A stretch of 64,000 nucleotides of DNA from Candidatus Latescibacterota bacterium (GCA_965197905.1 CBDAOB010000005.1:1920001-1984000); one strand, 5' to 3'; numbered from the stretch's first letter, positions 38,191 to 48,209 are shown. A program made the numbers and translations. The notes: generated by a model not told the origin, from the letters alone.

Positions 38191-38583
38191 TTAGCGCTTG
38201 GAAAACTGGAAGCGCTTGCGAGCACCTGCGAGCCCGTATTTCTTGCGCTCTTTCTCTCGCGAATCCCGCGTTAGAAAACCAGATTTCTTCAGTGTTGCGC
38301 GCAAGCTCGGGTCGTATTTGACCAAAGCCCGGGCGATGCCCAGGCAAGCAGCTCCTGCTTGACCTTTGAGGCCACCGCCGTTGGTAGAAATGTGGATGTC
38401 GAACCGATCCCGGGTTTCGGTAAGCTCGAGTGGTTGAAGCATGATCATCTGCAACGCATCGCGTCGGAGATACTCATCCACCACCCGGCCGTTAATGCTG
38501 ATCGTTCCCGAACCCGGTCGCATCCTGACACGAGCCACCGCCGTTTTTCTACGGCCGGTAGAATCGTACTGTTCCTCAGCCAT
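38191..38583 (-). CDS. rpsI: 30S ribosomal protein S9
   Basis: [40 protein letters not shown]. Confidence 0.99.
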   Translation of the reverse strand: MAEEQYDSTGRRKTAVARVRMRPGSGTISINGRVVDEYLRRDALQMIMLQPLELTETRDRFDIHISTNGGGLKGQAGAACLGIARALVKYDPSLRATLKKSGFLTRDSREKERKKYGLAGARKRFQFSKR

Positions 38584-38606
38584 GGCTTATTTCCTGCGTC
38601 GACGAA

Positions 38607-39050
38607 TCAACCGAATTCCAGGGCCACGGGTTTCTGCGCCTGGTGTCGGTGTTCGGGGCCGGCATACACCCGAAGTTTCTTGAACATCTGGCGCCCCAGG
38701 GTGTTGTGGGGCAACATGCCGCGAACCGCTTTCTGCACAATTCTTTCCGGATGTTTCTCGAGCACTTCCTTGTATTCCTCGACTCGTATCCCGCCTGGAT
38801 ACCCGGTATGCCTGTAGTACCGTTTTTGTTCACTCTTCTTCCCTGTCACCCGTATCTTTTCGGCGTTTATGACTACCACGTGATCGCCCGTATCGATAAA
38901 TGGCGCATACTCCGGTTTGTGTTTTCCGCGCAAAATCCGCGCGATCTCCGTCGCCAGTCGCCCGAGCACCCTGTCGGTAGCATCGACCACGAACCAGGCG
39001 CGGTTAATCTCTTTTCCTTTGGGTGCAAAGGTCTTTTCAGGCGTCGTCAT
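38607..39050 (-). CDS. rplM: 50S ribosomal protein L13
   Basis: WFVVDA...[36 protein letters not shown]. Confidence 0.99.
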   Translation of the reverse strand: MTTPEKTFAPKGKEINRAWFVVDATDRVLGRLATEIARILRGKHKPEYAPFIDTGDHVVVINAEKIRVTGKKSEQKRYYRHTGYPGGIRVEEYKEVLEKHPERIVQKAVRGMLPHNTLGRQMFKKLRVYAGPEHRHQAQKPVALEFG

Positions 39051-39106
39051 CGATCCAACCTACGTCGAGGTAAAAAATGTGAAATTAAGCCCACTAGTGG
39101 GGCTTG

Positions 39107-39730
39107 TCAAGAACAGCGCTGCTGCCGGTTTCGTAGCAACCTTCTGAAAATCCAGACGGCGGCCGCGAATCCGCTGAGGCCGAGCAACATCCAGTTGTAG
39201 TTGCTCAGATAAACCAGAATCTGACGCCAGTTTTGGCCGACGAGGATACCTGCCCACAGTAGAAGGGCGTTCCAAAGCGCCACGCTCGCCAAGCCCCAGA
39301 CAAAAACCCGGCTGCCTTTCATCCCAGCGAGACCCGCCGAGATTGCAATGACCGAGCGTATTCCGCTGAGAAAGCGATTGGCCAAAACCAGGAGAATGCC
39401 CCACCGGGCCAACCAGGCTTCTGCTCGCTCTACACGCTCCTCGCTGAAATAACGGCGACCTGGACCTTCGAGAAGCGCGCGGCCTTTCGTTAACCCAAGG
39501 TAATACATGACCATAAAGCCAGATATGCCGCCAAAACAGTTGGCCAGGTAGACCGGCAGGAACTCCAGGCTGCCGCGGCCCACCAGATAGGCGCTAAATA
39601 CAACTACCGTGTCTCCCGGCACGGGAGGAATGACGTTTTCGAGGAATGCGCTGACGACCAGAACTCCATAGGTCCATAGCGGATTGAGTTCTGCCAGAGA
39701 GTAAACAATTTCATCTACGAACGCTTCCAT
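39107..39730 (-). CDS. DedA family membrane protein
   Basis: FLENVIPPVPGD, RFLSGIRSVI..SAG. Confidence 0.9.
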   Translation of the reverse strand: MEAFVDEIVYSLAELNPLWTYGVLVVSAFLENVIPPVPGDTVVVFSAYLVGRGSLEFLPVYLANCFGGISGFMVMYYLGLTKGRALLEGPGRRYFSEERVERAEAWLARWGILLVLANRFLSGIRSVIAISAGLAGMKGSRVFVWGLASVALWNALLLWAGILVGQNWRQILVYLSNYNWMLLGLSGFAAAVWIFRRLLRNRQQRCS

Positions 39731-39737
39731 TTTAGTA

Positions 39738-40913
39738 TTAAATCAAGAGCACAACCGACTGTGCGGCAATACCTTCGCGCCTACCGACGAATCCGAGTCC
39801 CTCAGTGGTTGTGGCTTTTACGGAAACCAATTCCCTGGGTACGTTGAGGGTCGCTGCCAGCGTTTCCTCCATGTCGGAAATATAGGCTGCAAGCTTGGGC
39901 TGCTCCGCCATGACGGTGGCATCGAGATTGGCGATTCGCAGCCCCCGTTCCACGAGGCGCTGGCGGACGCGTGCGAGCAATATAAGACTGGAAATCCCCG
40001 AGAACTTCGCATCAGTGTCTGGGAAAAGGCGACCGATATCCCCTAGGCTGGCGGCTCCAAGGAGCGCATCGATAATCGCGTGGGTCAGCACGTCTGCGTC
40101 GGAGTGACCTGCTAGACCCTCGTCCCAAGGGATATGAACCCCGCCCAACATCAGTTTCCTGCCGCCAGCGAAACGGTGAACATCATATCCGGTGCCAACT
40201 CGCAAGCCGTTGGGCATCAACGATTTATTATCCTTTTGCTGCATCGACCATTCCGCCCATTGCATGTCCGCCTGTGTAGTGATTTTGATGTTTGTGTCCT
40301 CCCCTTGGACAATCCGCACCGGGACCCCCAGTTGCTCTACCAGCATCGACTCGTCGGTGGGGATAAACAGGGGGTCAGGAATAGACCTGGCCTCGACCAG
40401 AAGCTGCCGCCGGAATCCCTGCGGGGTTTGGGCACACCAGAGGGTTTCACGATTCGGAGTTGAGATGACGAAGCTGCTATCAACGACCTTTATGGTCTCT
40501 TTCGCCGGGGTCGCGGCGATCGCGGCGCCATGGGCAACGGTTTCCATCAGAACACGTTTGATGAGATCTGCCGAAACGAACGGTCGTGCCCCATCGTGAA
40601 CGAGTATGTACTCCGCTCCCTCATCGGTGGCTTCGAGGCCGGCTGCCACCGACTGGTGCCGTTCCTCACCCGCCGCCACGATCCTCCCCAGCTTGGGGAA
40701 TTCACTTCCGAACCGCTGTTGACAATACTCTATATCTGTTTCTGGCACAACGAGTATGATGCGGTCTATAAAGGCGGATTTTGAGAACCTATCCAGGGTG
40801 TGCCAAAGCATAGATCGGCCGGCAAGAGGGACGAACTGCTTGGGCTGGGTACCCCCTGCGCGAAGGCCTTTCCCGCCGGCGGCGATAATTGCGGTTGCTG
40901 TTGGATCGCCCAT
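39738..40913 (-). CDS. ispDF: bifunctional IspD/IspF
   Basis: AAGGKGLR..PKQF, VHDGARP, AQTPQGF, IKITT; then GYDVH, GHSDADV, DIGRLFPD, KATTTEGLG. Confidence 0.95.
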   Translation of the reverse strand: MGDPTATAIIAAGGKGLRAGGTQPKQFVPLAGRSMLWHTLDRFSKSAFIDRIILVVPETDIEYCQQRFGSEFPKLGRIVAAGEERHQSVAAGLEATDEGAEYILVHDGARPFVSADLIKRVLMETVAHGAAIAATPAKETIKVVDSSFVISTPNRETLWCAQTPQGFRRQLLVEARSIPDPLFIPTDESMLVEQLGVPVRIVQGEDTNIKITTQADMQWAEWSMQQKDNKSLMPNGLRVGTGYDVHRFAGGRKLMLGGVHIPWDEGLAGHSDADVLTHAIIDALLGAASLGDIGRLFPDTDAKFSGISSLILLARVRQRLVERGLRIANLDATVMAEQPKLAAYISDMEETLAATLNVPRELVSVKATTTEGLGFVGRREGIAAQSVVLLI

Positions 40914-40918
40914 AACAG

Positions 40919-41944
40919 TCAGAGGATTAACATGGCGTCGCCATAGCTGTAGAATCTGTACTCGCTTTTCACGGCTATGTGGTATGCCTCGAGCACGCAA
41001 TGGGTGCCGGCGAATGCCGCCACCATCATCAGCAACGTTGAGCAGGGCAAGTGGAAATTAGTCACGAGGGCGTCAACCGCGCGAAAACGGTAGGGTGGAT
41101 GGATAAGCTTATCCGTCCAACCGGTGCCGCCAGATACTCGCCCCGACTCCTCCGCCCCGGTTTCCAGGACGCGGACCACGGTCGTACCTACGGCGACGAT
41201 GCGACCTCTTTCCTCTCTGCATTGGTTCAAATCGCCGGCCGTGCCTGCGTCGATCTCGAAGTATTCGGGTTCCAGCACGTGCTGTCGCGGATCCGAGACC
41301 CTTACTGGCTCGAAGCTACCTGGTCCAACGTGCAGGAGCACGGAAGCCAAATTGACCCCTGATTCCACAAGCCGCTGGAGAAGACCCTCGGTAAAATGCA
41401 GCCCGGCCGTGGGTGCCGCAATCGCCCCTGGGTCCTTGGCGTAGACCGTTTGGTAGCGGCTCTTGTCCTGTTCGTCAGGGCTTCGACGGATGTAGGGGGG
41501 CAGGGGCACTTCCCCAATCTTACAAAGGGAAGCGGCCATATCGTCACGACCGAACCTGACGATATAGCGGCCGGCATCGGTCCTTTCGAGGACCTCCCCC
41601 GAGACCTCATCGGCGAAAGAGAGTTGAGCACCGGCGATCAGTCTCTTGGCGGGACGTCCCATAGCCAACCACTCTCCGTCTCCTCGATCACGGATCAACA
41701 GGAGTTCGATCTTGCCCCCGGTGGCGATCGATCGACCCCGCAGGCGAGCTGGAATCACACGGGTTCGATTCAGCACCAGGGTATCACCCGAACTGAGAAA
41801 TTGACCGATCTCGGAAAATTGGTGATGGTCGATAGACCCGGTGGAACGGTTGACGACCATCAGCCTAGACTCGTCCCTCCCCGCTGGCGGGTACTGGGCG
41901 ATCAAACGCTCGGGCAGATCGTAGCGGAACTCATCTATGTGCAT
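40919..41944 (-). CDS. queA: SAM:tRNA ribosyltransferase-isomerase
   Basis: LPERLIAQYP, PLPPYI, AAPTAGLHF, TNFHLP, YRFYSYGDAM. Confidence 0.98.
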   Translation of the reverse strand: MHIDEFRYDLPERLIAQYPPAGRDESRLMVVNRSTGSIDHHQFSEIGQFLSSGDTLVLNRTRVIPARLRGRSIATGGKIELLLIRDRGDGEWLAMGRPAKRLIAGAQLSFADEVSGEVLERTDAGRYIVRFGRDDMAASLCKIGEVPLPPYIRRSPDEQDKSRYQTVYAKDPGAIAAPTAGLHFTEGLLQRLVESGVNLASVLLHVGPGSFEPVRVSDPRQHVLEPEYFEIDAGTAGDLNQCREERGRIVAVGTTVVRVLETGAEESGRVSGGTGWTDKLIHPPYRFRAVDALVTNFHLPCSTLLMMVAAFAGTHCVLEAYHIAVKSEYRFYSYGDAMLIL

Positions 41945-42002
41945 TGGGAATAAGAACTTAGATGCGGCTCAGGCAAGCGTCAAGAACAGCGCTCCAGACC
42001 TA

Positions 42003-42038
42003 CAAAAAGGACCACCCCCGGGGGGACGGTCCCTTTTG
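42003..42038. terminator. intrinsic, probably bidirectional, terminator downstream of flagellin 1
   Basis: CAAAAAGGACC...GGTCCCTTTTG GC-rich hairpin flanked by A and T runs. Confidence 0.75.
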
Positions 42039-42065
42039 TCCTCGATACACTACGTTATGCGGATA

Positions 42066-43220
42066 TTACAGCAGCGACAGCGCTGAGACCTTGTTGACGT
42101 TGGCCTGCACCAACATGGCGTTACTGCTTTGGAGCAAGATCTGGTGCCGACTAAATTCGGTGACCTCGCGAGCCACGTCGGCATCGCGGATGCTGGCATC
42201 CGATGCTTGAATATTCTCGAACTCACTCTCCGTGTAAGCGATGGTGGAAGCCAGCCGATTCTGCACCGCTCCCAAGCTTCCGCGCTGGTTCGCAACGGTC
42301 TCTACCGCGCGGTCGATCGTTGCCAGCGATTGGCGCGCCGTGGAGATGCTGGCAATCGACAGGGACTGCAGGTTGAGGCTGGACCCGGAGGCCCTCAGAT
42401 CGGAGATACCGAGCTCGATTCGATTGATGAAACCATCTCGAGGGCCGACTTGAAACACCCCCCCAGTGCCTTCTGTAACAACGATTTGCGCGCCGTTAAG
42501 ATCGCCGTCCACGTAATCCCCAGTAGCGCCAGCAACACCGACCCCCGCGAGAGAAACTTGAACTCCCAAGCGGTCGAAATTCGCGATCGAGGTGGTTCCC
42601 GTGGCAACACTGCCTCCGTCGAGCCGCGTGCCCAAATCGAGGGTCTGGCTCACGGTGCCATTGCCCAGGGTAATGTTCCCGTCCGCCGCAGTGTCCTCGA
42701 AGGTGTAGGTGCCTCCCTGTGCTGCGGAAAGCGAGACCTTCACCACTCCCGTCGTGTCGCTGGTGGTGATCGCGGAAGACGTGGCATCTACCTGATTTCC
42801 GAAGCCGGTCAGCAACGTACCATTATTATAGGTGGTCGCCTGGGCGATCCGGTCGATTTCCGACACCAGCTGATTGAACTCCGCCGAGAGTGACTCCCTG
42901 TTCGAGTCGTTGATCGTACTGTTTGAGGACTGCACCGACAGTTCGCGCATGCGCACGAGCACGTTGTTCACCACCTGCAACGACCCTTCCGCGACCTGCA
43001 GCAGGTTTGACGCCTGTTCGGCATTGCGAACATTCTGTCGCAATCCCGACAGTTCGCCCCGCATCCCTTCCGAAACAACGAGACCTGAAGCGTCGTCTGC
43101 CGCCCGATTTACCCGTAACCCGGACGACAGGCGCTCCAGTTGTCGTTGCATACCGGTATTGTTGCGGCCAATAGATCGTTGCGCATTTATGGCCGAAATG
43201 TTGTTGTTCACCCTAAGCAT
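42066..43220 (-). CDS. fliC: flagellin (paralogue 1, canonical termini)
   Basis: MLRVNNNISAINAQR, ERLSSGLRVNRAADDASGL, RMRELSVQ, LGAVQNRL, IRDADVA. Confidence 0.95.
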   Translation of the reverse strand: MLRVNNNISAINAQRSIGRNNTGMQRQLERLSSGLRVNRAADDASGLVVSEGMRGELSGLRQNVRNAEQASNLLQVAEGSLQVVNNVLVRMRELSVQSSNSTINDSNRESLSAEFNQLVSEIDRIAQATTYNNGTLLTGFGNQVDATSSAITTSDTTGVVKVSLSAAQGGTYTFEDTAADGNITLGNGTVSQTLDLGTRLDGGSVATGTTSIANFDRLGVQVSLAGVGVAGATGDYVDGDLNGAQIVVTEGTGGVFQVGPRDGFINRIELGISDLRASGSSLNLQSLSIASISTARQSLATIDRAVETVANQRGSLGAVQNRLASTIAYTESEFENIQASDASIRDADVAREVTEFSRHQILLQSSNAMLVQANVNKVSALSLL

Positions 43221-43357
43221 GTTGAGTCTCCCTGGCGCAAAGCCAGATTGGGACTGCTAACTAACTATTAATACAAGTCTTTACATCTTAATCCCTTGTG
43301 CAGTGATCCCTACTTCACAAGAGGATTCCCAAGGATGGCAGTCGCTTCCTGTTCCGT

Positions 43358-43385
43358 TTATCGGTGGCACGTACCTCGTACTTTA
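43358..43385 (-). promoter_or_regulatory. sigma28 (FliA) promoter for flagellin 1
   Basis: TAAA-N16-ACCGATAA. Confidence 0.75.
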
Positions 43386-43434
43386 GCGGATTCTCGAAAA
43401 AAACCCGAAAATAGCTCGCCCCCACCAAAAAAAG

Positions 43435-43461
43435 TAAAGCTTGTCGACCTGGGGCCGATAT
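43435..43461 (+). promoter_or_regulatory. sigma28 (FliA) promoter for flagellin 2
   Basis: TAAA-N15-GCCGATAT. Confidence 0.85.
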
Positions 43462-43540
43462 CTACAACATGATACCAAGTTATATCACGTATTATCACTC
43501 GTGAAACAACTAGAATCATAAGCTTCCCACACGGAGGATT

Positions 43541-43560
43541 TTAGAACAAGGAGGTTCTAA
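43541..43560 (+). promoter_or_regulatory. Shine-Dalgarno hairpin with GGA hexaloop (CsrA-type site)
   Basis: TTAGAAC-AAGGAG-GTTCTAA, a perfect 7-bp stem ending 2 nt before the ATG. Confidence 0.65.
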
Positions 43561-43562
43561 TC

Positions 43563-44726
43563 ATGTCGGTTCATATAGGGCACAACTCCGCAGTTATCCG
43601 CGCCAACAACGCTTTTTCGAAAATAGAGCGTTCCGCTCAACCCCAGCGATCTATGCTTGCGTCCGGACTCGCCATAAACTCCGGGAAGGATGGTGGCGCC
43701 CGTCTCTCGGTTTCCGAAGGAATGCGCGCCGAAATCGGAGGGTTGACGGTGGGAACACGCAATGCGGAAAATGCTCTGGATCTTCTCAAGACAGCAGAGG
43801 GCGCGCTCAATGAGGTAAGTGCGATTCTCATTCGGATGCGGGAGTTGTCGACTGAATCCAGTACCGCCACGTTGAACGACAACAATCGAGCCGGCCTGGG
43901 GTCGGAGTTCAACCAGTTAAAGGAATACATCGATCGCATCGCCAAGCTGGCCAGCTACAACAACAAGCCGTTGTTGAACGGTTTTGGAAACGAAGCGAAC
44001 GCCGACCTCACTACGGCGTTGGTTCAGAACACAGATACCGGACTTCACAGCCTGACGGTTAGCGGTGCCGACGTCGGTACCTACACTTTTGTAGACGACG
44101 GCGCCGACAACACCCTGACCCTAGGAAATGGCGTCGTCACGCAGACGGTGAACTTCGGATCGCGAATGGTTGACGGCGCTGTTGCTGAGGGTACGACCTT
44201 GGCGCTTACCTTTGACCGGTTGGGCTTGGAGTTGGAATTATCCGGCGACAATGTGCAAAGCGCCGCAGGGTCGTATCGAGATGGTGATCTCGATGGGCAC
44301 AAGATTGTGATCGAAGAGGGAATCGGCAGCTTTCAACTGGGCAGCGATGCCGTACCCGCAGATCGCATCGACTACGACATTCCCGACATGACCGTCGGAG
44401 GAAAGTTTCTCGATCTGGGAGGCGTAAGCGTCGACACCCGCGACGCCTCTAGGCGAGCGCTCGTGCAGGTCGATCGAGCTATCGAAAAGGTGGCGAACGT
44501 GCGCGGGGAGATCGGAGCCCTTATCAATCGAATGGAGAACACGATCGATTTTACCACAAACTCCATCGAGAACCTGCATGCCTCGGAATCCACGGTGCGG
44601 GATGCGGACTACGCCCAGGCAACAACCAGTTTGGCGAAGAGCCAAATTCTGCGCGACATGACGACCAGCGTCATGGTTATGGCCCGCGTTCCGGTGAATA
44701 TGGTGATGAGCCTGCTCGCGTCGTAG
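43563..44726 (+). CDS. flagellin (paralogue 2, divergent termini)
   Basis: LASGLAINS, TAEGALNEV..ILIRMREL, EIGALINRM, VRDADYA. Confidence 0.9.
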   Translation: MSVHIGHNSAVIRANNAFSKIERSAQPQRSMLASGLAINSGKDGGARLSVSEGMRAEIGGLTVGTRNAENALDLLKTAEGALNEVSAILIRMRELSTESSTATLNDNNRAGLGSEFNQLKEYIDRIAKLASYNNKPLLNGFGNEANADLTTALVQNTDTGLHSLTVSGADVGTYTFVDDGADNTLTLGNGVVTQTVNFGSRMVDGAVAEGTTLALTFDRLGLELELSGDNVQSAAGSYRDGDLDGHKIVIEEGIGSFQLGSDAVPADRIDYDIPDMTVGGKFLDLGGVSVDTRDASRRALVQVDRAIEKVANVRGEIGALINRMENTIDFTTNSIENLHASESTVRDADYAQATTSLAKSQILRDMTTSVMVMARVPVNMVMSLLAS

Positions 44727-44740
44727 CGCGGAATCTCGCC

Positions 44741-46462
44741 TCAGATGAGACGGAACACCCGGATCCCACCCCCACGCGTACTCGGGCTGGCCTCGATGAC
44801 GAACTCCAGCTCAACGGTGGAGTTGCCGACGTTTAGCAGCTGCTCGAAATACGCCCGATTCTTCAGGTATCGGTACCGCGCCGCCCCCTGCCCGGGGGGT
44901 TCGTACTCTCCCAGGTAGCGCTGGTAGACGGCGGCAGGTAACACCATGTACTGTGCTCCCTTGATTTTGAGCTGCGATGGTGTCATCAAGGCCCGACGGA
45001 ACACCCGTTCGGTTTCGGCGTCGCTCAGGTCTACCTCGTCGCGCAGCGCTTCCGGCACCCACGGCTTCTTCAGCCACACCTCCATATTGACCAATCTGTA
45101 GGTCGGTTCCCCACGCCAGTCCTCTTTCAGACGTCGCTGCATTCGCTCGTCACTGGCGTAATAACGCAAGATCCCCGCCTGGGCATCCTGCAATCGCAGC
45201 CGCGGACAGTACGGCAGCCAGGTCATAGCGATTGTGGAACCGTTGGGTATGTTCGTCGTAATCCAGTTGGCGGCCAGTGCCCGTGTGTCGGTTAGACCGC
45301 GCTCCCAGTTCTGCTCGATTATCAGTGTTAGGTTGGGAGCGACGCACAACAAGGCTACCACCGGTAACAACCGATTCTGGCGCACCATCGGGGTAAAACG
45401 CTCAAGGAGCTGGTAGAGGATGCCTGCAGCTAGGATGCAAAAAAGCGGATAGAACTGAAGCACATAATGCAGACTCTCGCGGGTCCAGCTACCGATGTAG
45501 AGGAAGCTCGGCACCCACGCCGACAGGAAGATCAGATCCAGGGGAGTTCGGCGCACCACTGCCATTCCCCCTCCTACCACGATAAGCGATCCAAGAAGAT
45601 ATTCTAGTTGCACCAAATCGCGGATTATCCACCACCAGGGTGTCGTTTGGGAGAGGGAAAAGGCGAGGGCCGACACTTGGTACCGACCCAGCGCCAGGTA
45701 TTTCTCGTACGCCAAAAACAGATAGGGCGAGGCGACAAACAACGCCAGGAATGCTACCCCGACACACAGCCCGATCTTCCGCAATCCTTCCCCCGAGATC
45801 AGCTCGAGTCCCAACCTGCGACGGTGTAGCAGATGTGCCGCCACCAGGGACAGGGCGACGAGCCCGCCGTTGTATTTTGTCGCCACCAGCAAACCTGCTG
45901 CAATGCCGCCGAGAACGAACAGACCCGTGCTGCCGTTCTCGTAGATGCGCCAGGCAATGTAGAATGAGAGGGCCGCGAACAGAGCCATGGTACTGTCGGG
46001 GAGCGCCTGGTGGGCTTGCCCGACCGGCACCACCGAGGCTGCGGAAAATACCGTGGCTACCGACGCTACAGTCCGATGACAGGCGCGTTTCGCCAGCAGG
46101 TAGGTCACCAGCACGGTTGCGGTGGAGACCAGGGCGCTCAGGAATCTGCCTGTCAGGGCGGAGCGTGCCGGATCGACGAAGGAGGCGAACACCACCGAAT
46201 CCCACGCGTTGCCCACATCGGTCAACTGCCCGAGCCAGTAACTCATCCACAAGCCCGCCGCGTTCAGATAGGAATAGAATGCAGGATAAGTAAATTCGGT
46301 TGGTAGCAACGTCGCGCTGCGGTAGAAGTTCCACACGCTGGCGGCAACCCCCACCTCATCCACGTGGCCGTAGAAATCCGGATATCCCTGTTGGAATCCC
46401 CAGAGTCTGAGCACGAAGGCACAGAGGAGTCCGCCGGCAAGCAACAGATTAGCCCGGGTCAT
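44741..46462 (-). CDS. GT-C fold membrane glycosyltransferase (ArnT/PMT-2-like)
   Basis: LRLWG...HVDE, YPAFYSY, ATKYNG, many TM helices, DTRALAANWI. Confidence 0.8.
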   Translation of the reverse strand: MTRANLLLAGGLLCAFVLRLWGFQQGYPDFYGHVDEVGVAASVWNFYRSATLLPTEFTYPAFYSYLNAAGLWMSYWLGQLTDVGNAWDSVVFASFVDPARSALTGRFLSALVSTATVLVTYLLAKRACHRTVASVATVFSAASVVPVGQAHQALPDSTMALFAALSFYIAWRIYENGSTGLFVLGGIAAGLLVATKYNGGLVALSLVAAHLLHRRRLGLELISGEGLRKIGLCVGVAFLALFVASPYLFLAYEKYLALGRYQVSALAFSLSQTTPWWWIIRDLVQLEYLLGSLIVVGGGMAVVRRTPLDLIFLSAWVPSFLYIGSWTRESLHYVLQFYPLFCILAAGILYQLLERFTPMVRQNRLLPVVALLCVAPNLTLIIEQNWERGLTDTRALAANWITTNIPNGSTIAMTWLPYCPRLRLQDAQAGILRYYASDERMQRRLKEDWRGEPTYRLVNMEVWLKKPWVPEALRDEVDLSDAETERVFRRALMTPSQLKIKGAQYMVLPAAVYQRYLGEYEPPGQGAARYRYLKNRAYFEQLLNVGNSTVELEFVIEASPSTRGGGIRVFRLI

Positions 46463-46466
46463 CTTT

Positions 46467-47162
46467 CTATCTCGAGGACACCGCGTAACGAAAGATGGTC
46501 CACAAAATCTTGTATCCGGCCTTGATGGAGCCGATCACGGTACCGGAGATCTTTGAGACCCCGATCCGACGGCGATAGCTCACCGGAATCTCGCAACATC
46601 GCAACCCTCGTCGCGCCGCTTTCACTTGCATTTCCACGGTCCAGCCGTAGTCGCGATCTACCATGTCCAACTGCAGAAGTCGCTGGTAACGAATGGCTCT
46701 GAAAGGTCCAAGATCGGTAAACCGCACGCCGAACAGAGCCCGAATCAACACGGTGGCCAGGGCGTTTCCAAGCCGAGCCTGCGGAGTCAGGGCGCCCCTT
46801 TCCCGCCGGCCCAATACCCGTGATCCGATCGTCAGATCCGCTCGGTTCTCCGCAATGGGAGCAACCAGTTGGGGAAGCTCGTCCGGGTGATCGCTATAGT
46901 CTCCGTCCAAGAATACAACAACGTCTGGATTCTTGAGCGCTGCCATGCCTGCCAGGCAAGCCCTGCCGTATCCGCGCTCCGGTTCCAGCACGACGGTAGC
47001 CCCCAACTCTGCGGCAATCCCCCCCGTTTTATCCGTCGAGCCGTTGTCCACCACGATTAATTGCTGTACCCAAGTCACCGGAAGATCACCTATTACCGAC
47101 GCGATCGCCCGCTCCTCGTTGAGTGCGGGGATGATTACTGCAATGGAGACAGACCTATCCAT
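46467..47162 (-). CDS. glycosyltransferase family 2 (polyprenol-phosphate sugar synthase-like)
   Basis: IIPALNEE, VVDNGSTD, RGYGRAC, FLDGDYSD, YRRRIGVSKISG. Confidence 0.92.
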   Translation of the reverse strand: MDRSVSIAVIIPALNEERAIASVIGDLPVTWVQQLIVVDNGSTDKTGGIAAELGATVVLEPERGYGRACLAGMAALKNPDVVVFLDGDYSDHPDELPQLVAPIAENRADLTIGSRVLGRRERGALTPQARLGNALATVLIRALFGVRFTDLGPFRAIRYQRLLQLDMVDRDYGWTVEMQVKAARRGLRCCEIPVSYRRRIGVSKISGTVIGSIKAGYKILWTIFRYAVSSR

Positions 47163-47211
47163 TTCCCAAAGGGAGGAGGAATCTCGACTCGGAGAGCTGT
47201 TGGCGGAGTAC

Positions 47212-48051
47212 CTATTGAAGATGGCTTTCGAGCCACGCGAACAGCGACTCGGAAGCGGAAGGGATATTATTTAGAAGCGCAAGACCATGATCGCTGGCAC
47301 CGTCGAAAACGATCAGATTGGGATCCGTCGTTATGGTGGCCAACGAACCGGCGAATCCGGCATAGCTGAGCACCCTGCCGTCTTCGAGGGGCAGCACATC
47401 CGCACTACCGACCATGTAGAGGATCGAATGGGGGCCGAACGGATTGATGCCGGCGCCTATCACCGCGGGTAGGGCGTCCTGTCCCACCCAGATTCCGGGA
47501 GACAGAGCGACGGCTGCTTTGATTCGCTGAGGAATAGCACCCATTATGACGAAAGCGATATTGCCACCCACACCGTCTCCAATCACAGCCACCTTTCCGG
47601 CGTCGACTTCAGGACGATCCTGAAGCCAGCTTACCGCGGCACTGACGTCGAGATAGCTGATTTCGAGATCCTCCAAGGAAATTTGCAGGCGCCCGTCGGG
47701 AAGGGATGTACCGCCGTGTCCACGAAGATCAATAGCCAGGACGTTGTATCCGCCTTCCAAAAGATCCAGGAACAAAGAGGTGTTCTGCAACCACTGCTCC
47801 TTGCCAGTGCCCAATTCGTGAACGAGGATAACGGTACGGTTCTTGGTCACTCCCTCCAATACGCCGAACAACGCGCTGATCTGGATTCCGTCGATGGTGG
47901 GAAAGGAGACCTGCTCGACATCGTAGACACGGCCCGTCCCGACCTCGAACCCCGGACCAGTAATGGCGCCGTCGGAGTCGCCGTCACCACAGCCCGAAAT
48001 CCCCATCGAAAACAGGATGAGGAGTAGTGGCCAACGAATGTTTCGCATCAC
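47212..48051 (-). CDS. lipoprotein with alpha/beta hydrolase fold, nucleophile Ser absent
   Basis: Lipobox ISGC, ILVHELG, LAIDLRGHGGT, VIGDGVGG, GSAD, DHG. Confidence 0.8.
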   Translation of the reverse strand: MMRNIRWPLLLILFSMGISGCGDGDSDGAITGPGFEVGTGRVYDVEQVSFPTIDGIQISALFGVLEGVTKNRTVILVHELGTGKEQWLQNTSLFLDLLEGGYNVLAIDLRGHGGTSLPDGRLQISLEDLEISYLDVSAAVSWLQDRPEVDAGKVAVIGDGVGGNIAFVIMGAIPQRIKAAVALSPGIWVGQDALPAVIGAGINPFGPHSILYMVGSADVLPLEDGRVLSYAGFAGSLATITTDPNLIVFDGASDHGLALLNNIPSASESLFAWLESHLQ

Positions 48052-48145
48052 CTGTTTTTTCCGCCTGCCGCGTTAAGGTTGTTCCGGTTCTGAGACTTCG
48101 ACGACAGGTTGTTCTATTGCTAAATAAAGCCCCGTCCCGTGCGAA

Positions 48146-48167
48146 AGTCAATCAGTGCTGATTGACT
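48146..48167. promoter_or_regulatory. perfect inverted repeat carrying back-to-back TTGACT -35 boxes
   Basis: AGTCAATCAG-TG-CTGATTGACT; the plus strand continues TTGACT-N17-TATCGT. Confidence 0.6.
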
Positions 48168-48209
48168 GAATACCAGCGCAGACCTATCGTAAATCGAGAG
48201 TTTTGCTTC

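Noticed and set aside
43221..43562. Invertible promoter (phase variation) between the flagellins
   Set aside because: Each gene has its own sigma28 promoter; no flanking inverted repeats or recombinase seen.
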